From Candidatus Collierbacteria bacterium (GTDB taxonomy: Bacteria > Patescibacteriota > Microgenomatia > UBA1400 > JACPES01), in the NCBI GenBank assembly GCA_016183365.1, contig JACPES010000003.1, forward strand, positions 345,154 to 409,153: a stretch of 64,000 bases of DNA. The letters run 5' to 3'. A program made the position numbers and the translations under genes. Below, piece after piece: positions 62,679 through 64,000 of this stretch. The notes below the pieces were generated by a model. That model was not told the origin of the DNA. It made no database searches and saw only the letters and a program-made list of their open reading frames with translations. Positions within the stretch are counted from its first letter, which is position 1. Each line of letters starts with the position of its first letter.

Positions 62679-64000
62679 ACGATCTTTTTCTGTTGGGAGC
62701 CTGGGATGCTGTCCGCAAGATTCAGGCGAACAATATCAGCGCGATTGAATTCGTGACGTCCTGCCTTGACCAGATTGGGAGGACGGAGCCAAACATACAT
62801 GCCTGGGTCCATCTCGATCGAAAATATGCATTGGCGCAAGCCGCCGAGATTGATAAAAAAATCGCCGCTGGCCAGAAAGTCGGAATCCTTGCCGGAGTTC
62901 CGGTGGGAGTAAAAGATATTTTCAATACGGTTGATTTCCCAACGGAGATGGGAAGCCCGATCTGGAAAAACTTCACCCCGGGGAATGACGCCCGGGTTGT
63001 TTCATATTTACGATGGGAAGATGCGGTGATACCGGGGAAAACCGTGACGGCTGAATTCGCGGTTCATACTCCGGGTCCGACCCATAACCCTCATCGGCAT
63101 GGATACATGACCGGAACATCGTCAAGCGGCTCCGCAGCCGCAGTGGCTTCGTTTATGGTCCCGTTTGCCTTGGGAACCCAGACGGCCGGATCAACCATCC
63201 GGCCGGCCAGTTACTGCGGCGTCTACGGGATGAAACCGTCGTTCGGGCTCCTGCCCCGGACCGGAATGCTTAAAACAACCGATTCGCTTGATACCGTCGG
63301 TTTTTTCTCCAGATCCATCGACGATCTTCGATTGCTTCTTGACGTTCTCCGCGTCAAAGGCCGTAATTTTCCTTATATCCATCGCGCAGTCGATCGGCAA
63401 CAACCGGGGAGAAAAAATAAACACAAGTGGAAAGTGGGAGTAGTAACGTCAAGCCTGTGGGTGTGGGATAAGGCGGAAGTCTACGCGCGAGATTCACTGA
63501 AGCGGTTCGCGTCAGCACTCTCAAAGCTCAAAAGCGTGGAGATACAGGAAGTAAAACTTCCAGCCGAATTTAATCGCGCCCACCAAATTCATGGAGTAAT
63601 CTATGATAAGACGCTCTCCTATTATTTCAAAAATGAATTCAAAAAAAAGACACTCATCAGTCCGGTGATGTATGAAATCATTGAAAGGGGACAACGGATC
63701 ACGCTGGACGACTATAAAAAAGCGCTCGACCGGCAAAGTCTTTTATCCCGGAAGTTCGCTCGACTGATGGATAATTTCGACGTCCTTTTGACGCTTTCGA
63801 CCGGGGGAGAAGCGCTCAAGGGACTCCAATCGGTCGATCGTCTGGACTCGTGTCTTATCTGGACGCTTTGCGGCGCTCCAACCATTAATCTTCCGGTGTT
63901 TATCGGACCAAATAAATTGCCGTTTGGAGCGCAATTGGTGGGAAGACGGTACGGTGATTACGGAGTCTTGTTATTCGCCTCTTTTCTCATTACGAATGGA
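62675..64000 (+). CDS. Amidase-signature family enzyme (GatA-like), C-terminus beyond window
   Basis: GVPVGVKD ... GTSSSGSAAAVASF (amidase signature GGSS.GS-like) ; ATG 62675 overlapping upstream stop; open to window end so absent from ORF track. Confidence 0.65.
   Translation, partial: MNDLFLLGAWDAVRKIQANNISAIEFVTSCLDQIGRTEPNIHAWVHLDRKYALAQAAEIDKKIAAGQKVGILAGVPVGVKDIFNTVDFPTEMGSPIWKNFTPGNDARVVSYLRWEDAVIPGKTVTAEFAVHTPGPTHNPHRHGYMTGTSSSGSAAAVASFMVPFALGTQTAGSTIRPASYCGVYGMKPSFGLLPRTGMLKTTDSLDTVGFFSRSIDDLRLLLDVLRVKGRNFPYIHRAVDRQQPGRKNKHKWKVGVVTSSLWVWDKAEVYARDSLKRFASALSKLKSVEIQEVKLPAEFNRAHQIHGVIYDKTLSYYFKNEFKKKTLISPVMYEIIERGQRITLDDYKKALDRQSLLSRKFARLMDNFDVLLTLSTGGEALKGLQSVDRLDSCLIWTLCGAPTINLPVFIGPNKLPFGAQLVGRRYGDYGVLLFASFLITNG

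Noticed and set aside
1-64000. Looked for tRNA (GGTTCGAATCC-type T-arm plus acceptor), rRNA and CRISPR arrays
   Set aside because: No T-arm or acceptor pattern, no long conserved rRNA blocks, and no array of regularly spaced 25-40 nt direct repeats with unique spacers. The repeats present are short tandem units or palindromes inside genes.

Overview
The window is a densely packed, almost entirely plus-strand glycan-biosynthesis island of about 40% GC. Only the block at 36278..39647, the two-domain GT-B gene at 52670..54508, and the NeuB/RmlD-like pair at 58938..60961 are on the minus strand. Gene content and repeat style resemble small-genome candidate-phylum (CPR-like) bacteria.

The first ~42 kb is an unusually large glycosyltransferase factory. 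It has about 12 polytopic GT-C-like membrane proteins (ArnT/PMT/GT39-like, PIG-V-like, DUF2142-like, YfhO-like, and a pair of deep paralogs). It also has about 8 GT4/GT-B and 4-5 GT2 (Dpm1/GtrB-like) enzymes, including a GT2-GT4 fusion, plus a DUF2304 partner and WecB-family UDP-GlcNAc 2-epimerase. Two DegT aminotransferases, several SDR epimerase/dehydratases and 7 class I SAM methyltransferases are present. A stand-alone Trm112/YcaR-like zinc-ribbon gene and a Trm112-MTase-MTase fusion also sit here.

The last ~21 kb (42884..end) is a nonulosonic-acid (pseudaminic/legionaminic-type) locus. It holds a PseC-like aminotransferase fused to a GNAT (PseH-like) domain and a NeuB/PseI-type synthase with an SAF domain. 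It also encodes a CMP-nonulosonate cytidylyltransferase and two WbuX/PseA-type amidotransferases, one with HisH/HisF-like partners. Further genes are a formyltransferase-like domain, an ATP-grasp ligase, a PIG-L/LmbE deacetylase, a PPP-family phosphoesterase, a GNAT, an amidase, and three HP-motif KpsS/TagF-like GT-B proteins.

At the sequence level the window is littered with short repeats, many of them inside coding regions. Heptanucleotide tandem repeats (3-5 units) lie inside four GT4 genes at equivalent linker positions. A family of 34-35 nt perfect palindromes is inserted in-frame in three genes, with compensatory base changes between copies. Two families of MITE-like palindromic elements (cattgcgag...ctcgcaatg and gtcattcc...ggaatgac types) also occur. 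Other structured elements are an array of inverted 8-bp units upstream of the Trm112-like gene and a GC-rich structured segment at 17548..17890 inside an enolase-superfamily ORF that runs in-frame into a methyltransferase domain.

No rRNA, tRNA or CRISPR array was recognised. One GNAT N-terminal fragment (58767..58841) is listed as a possible pseudogene.
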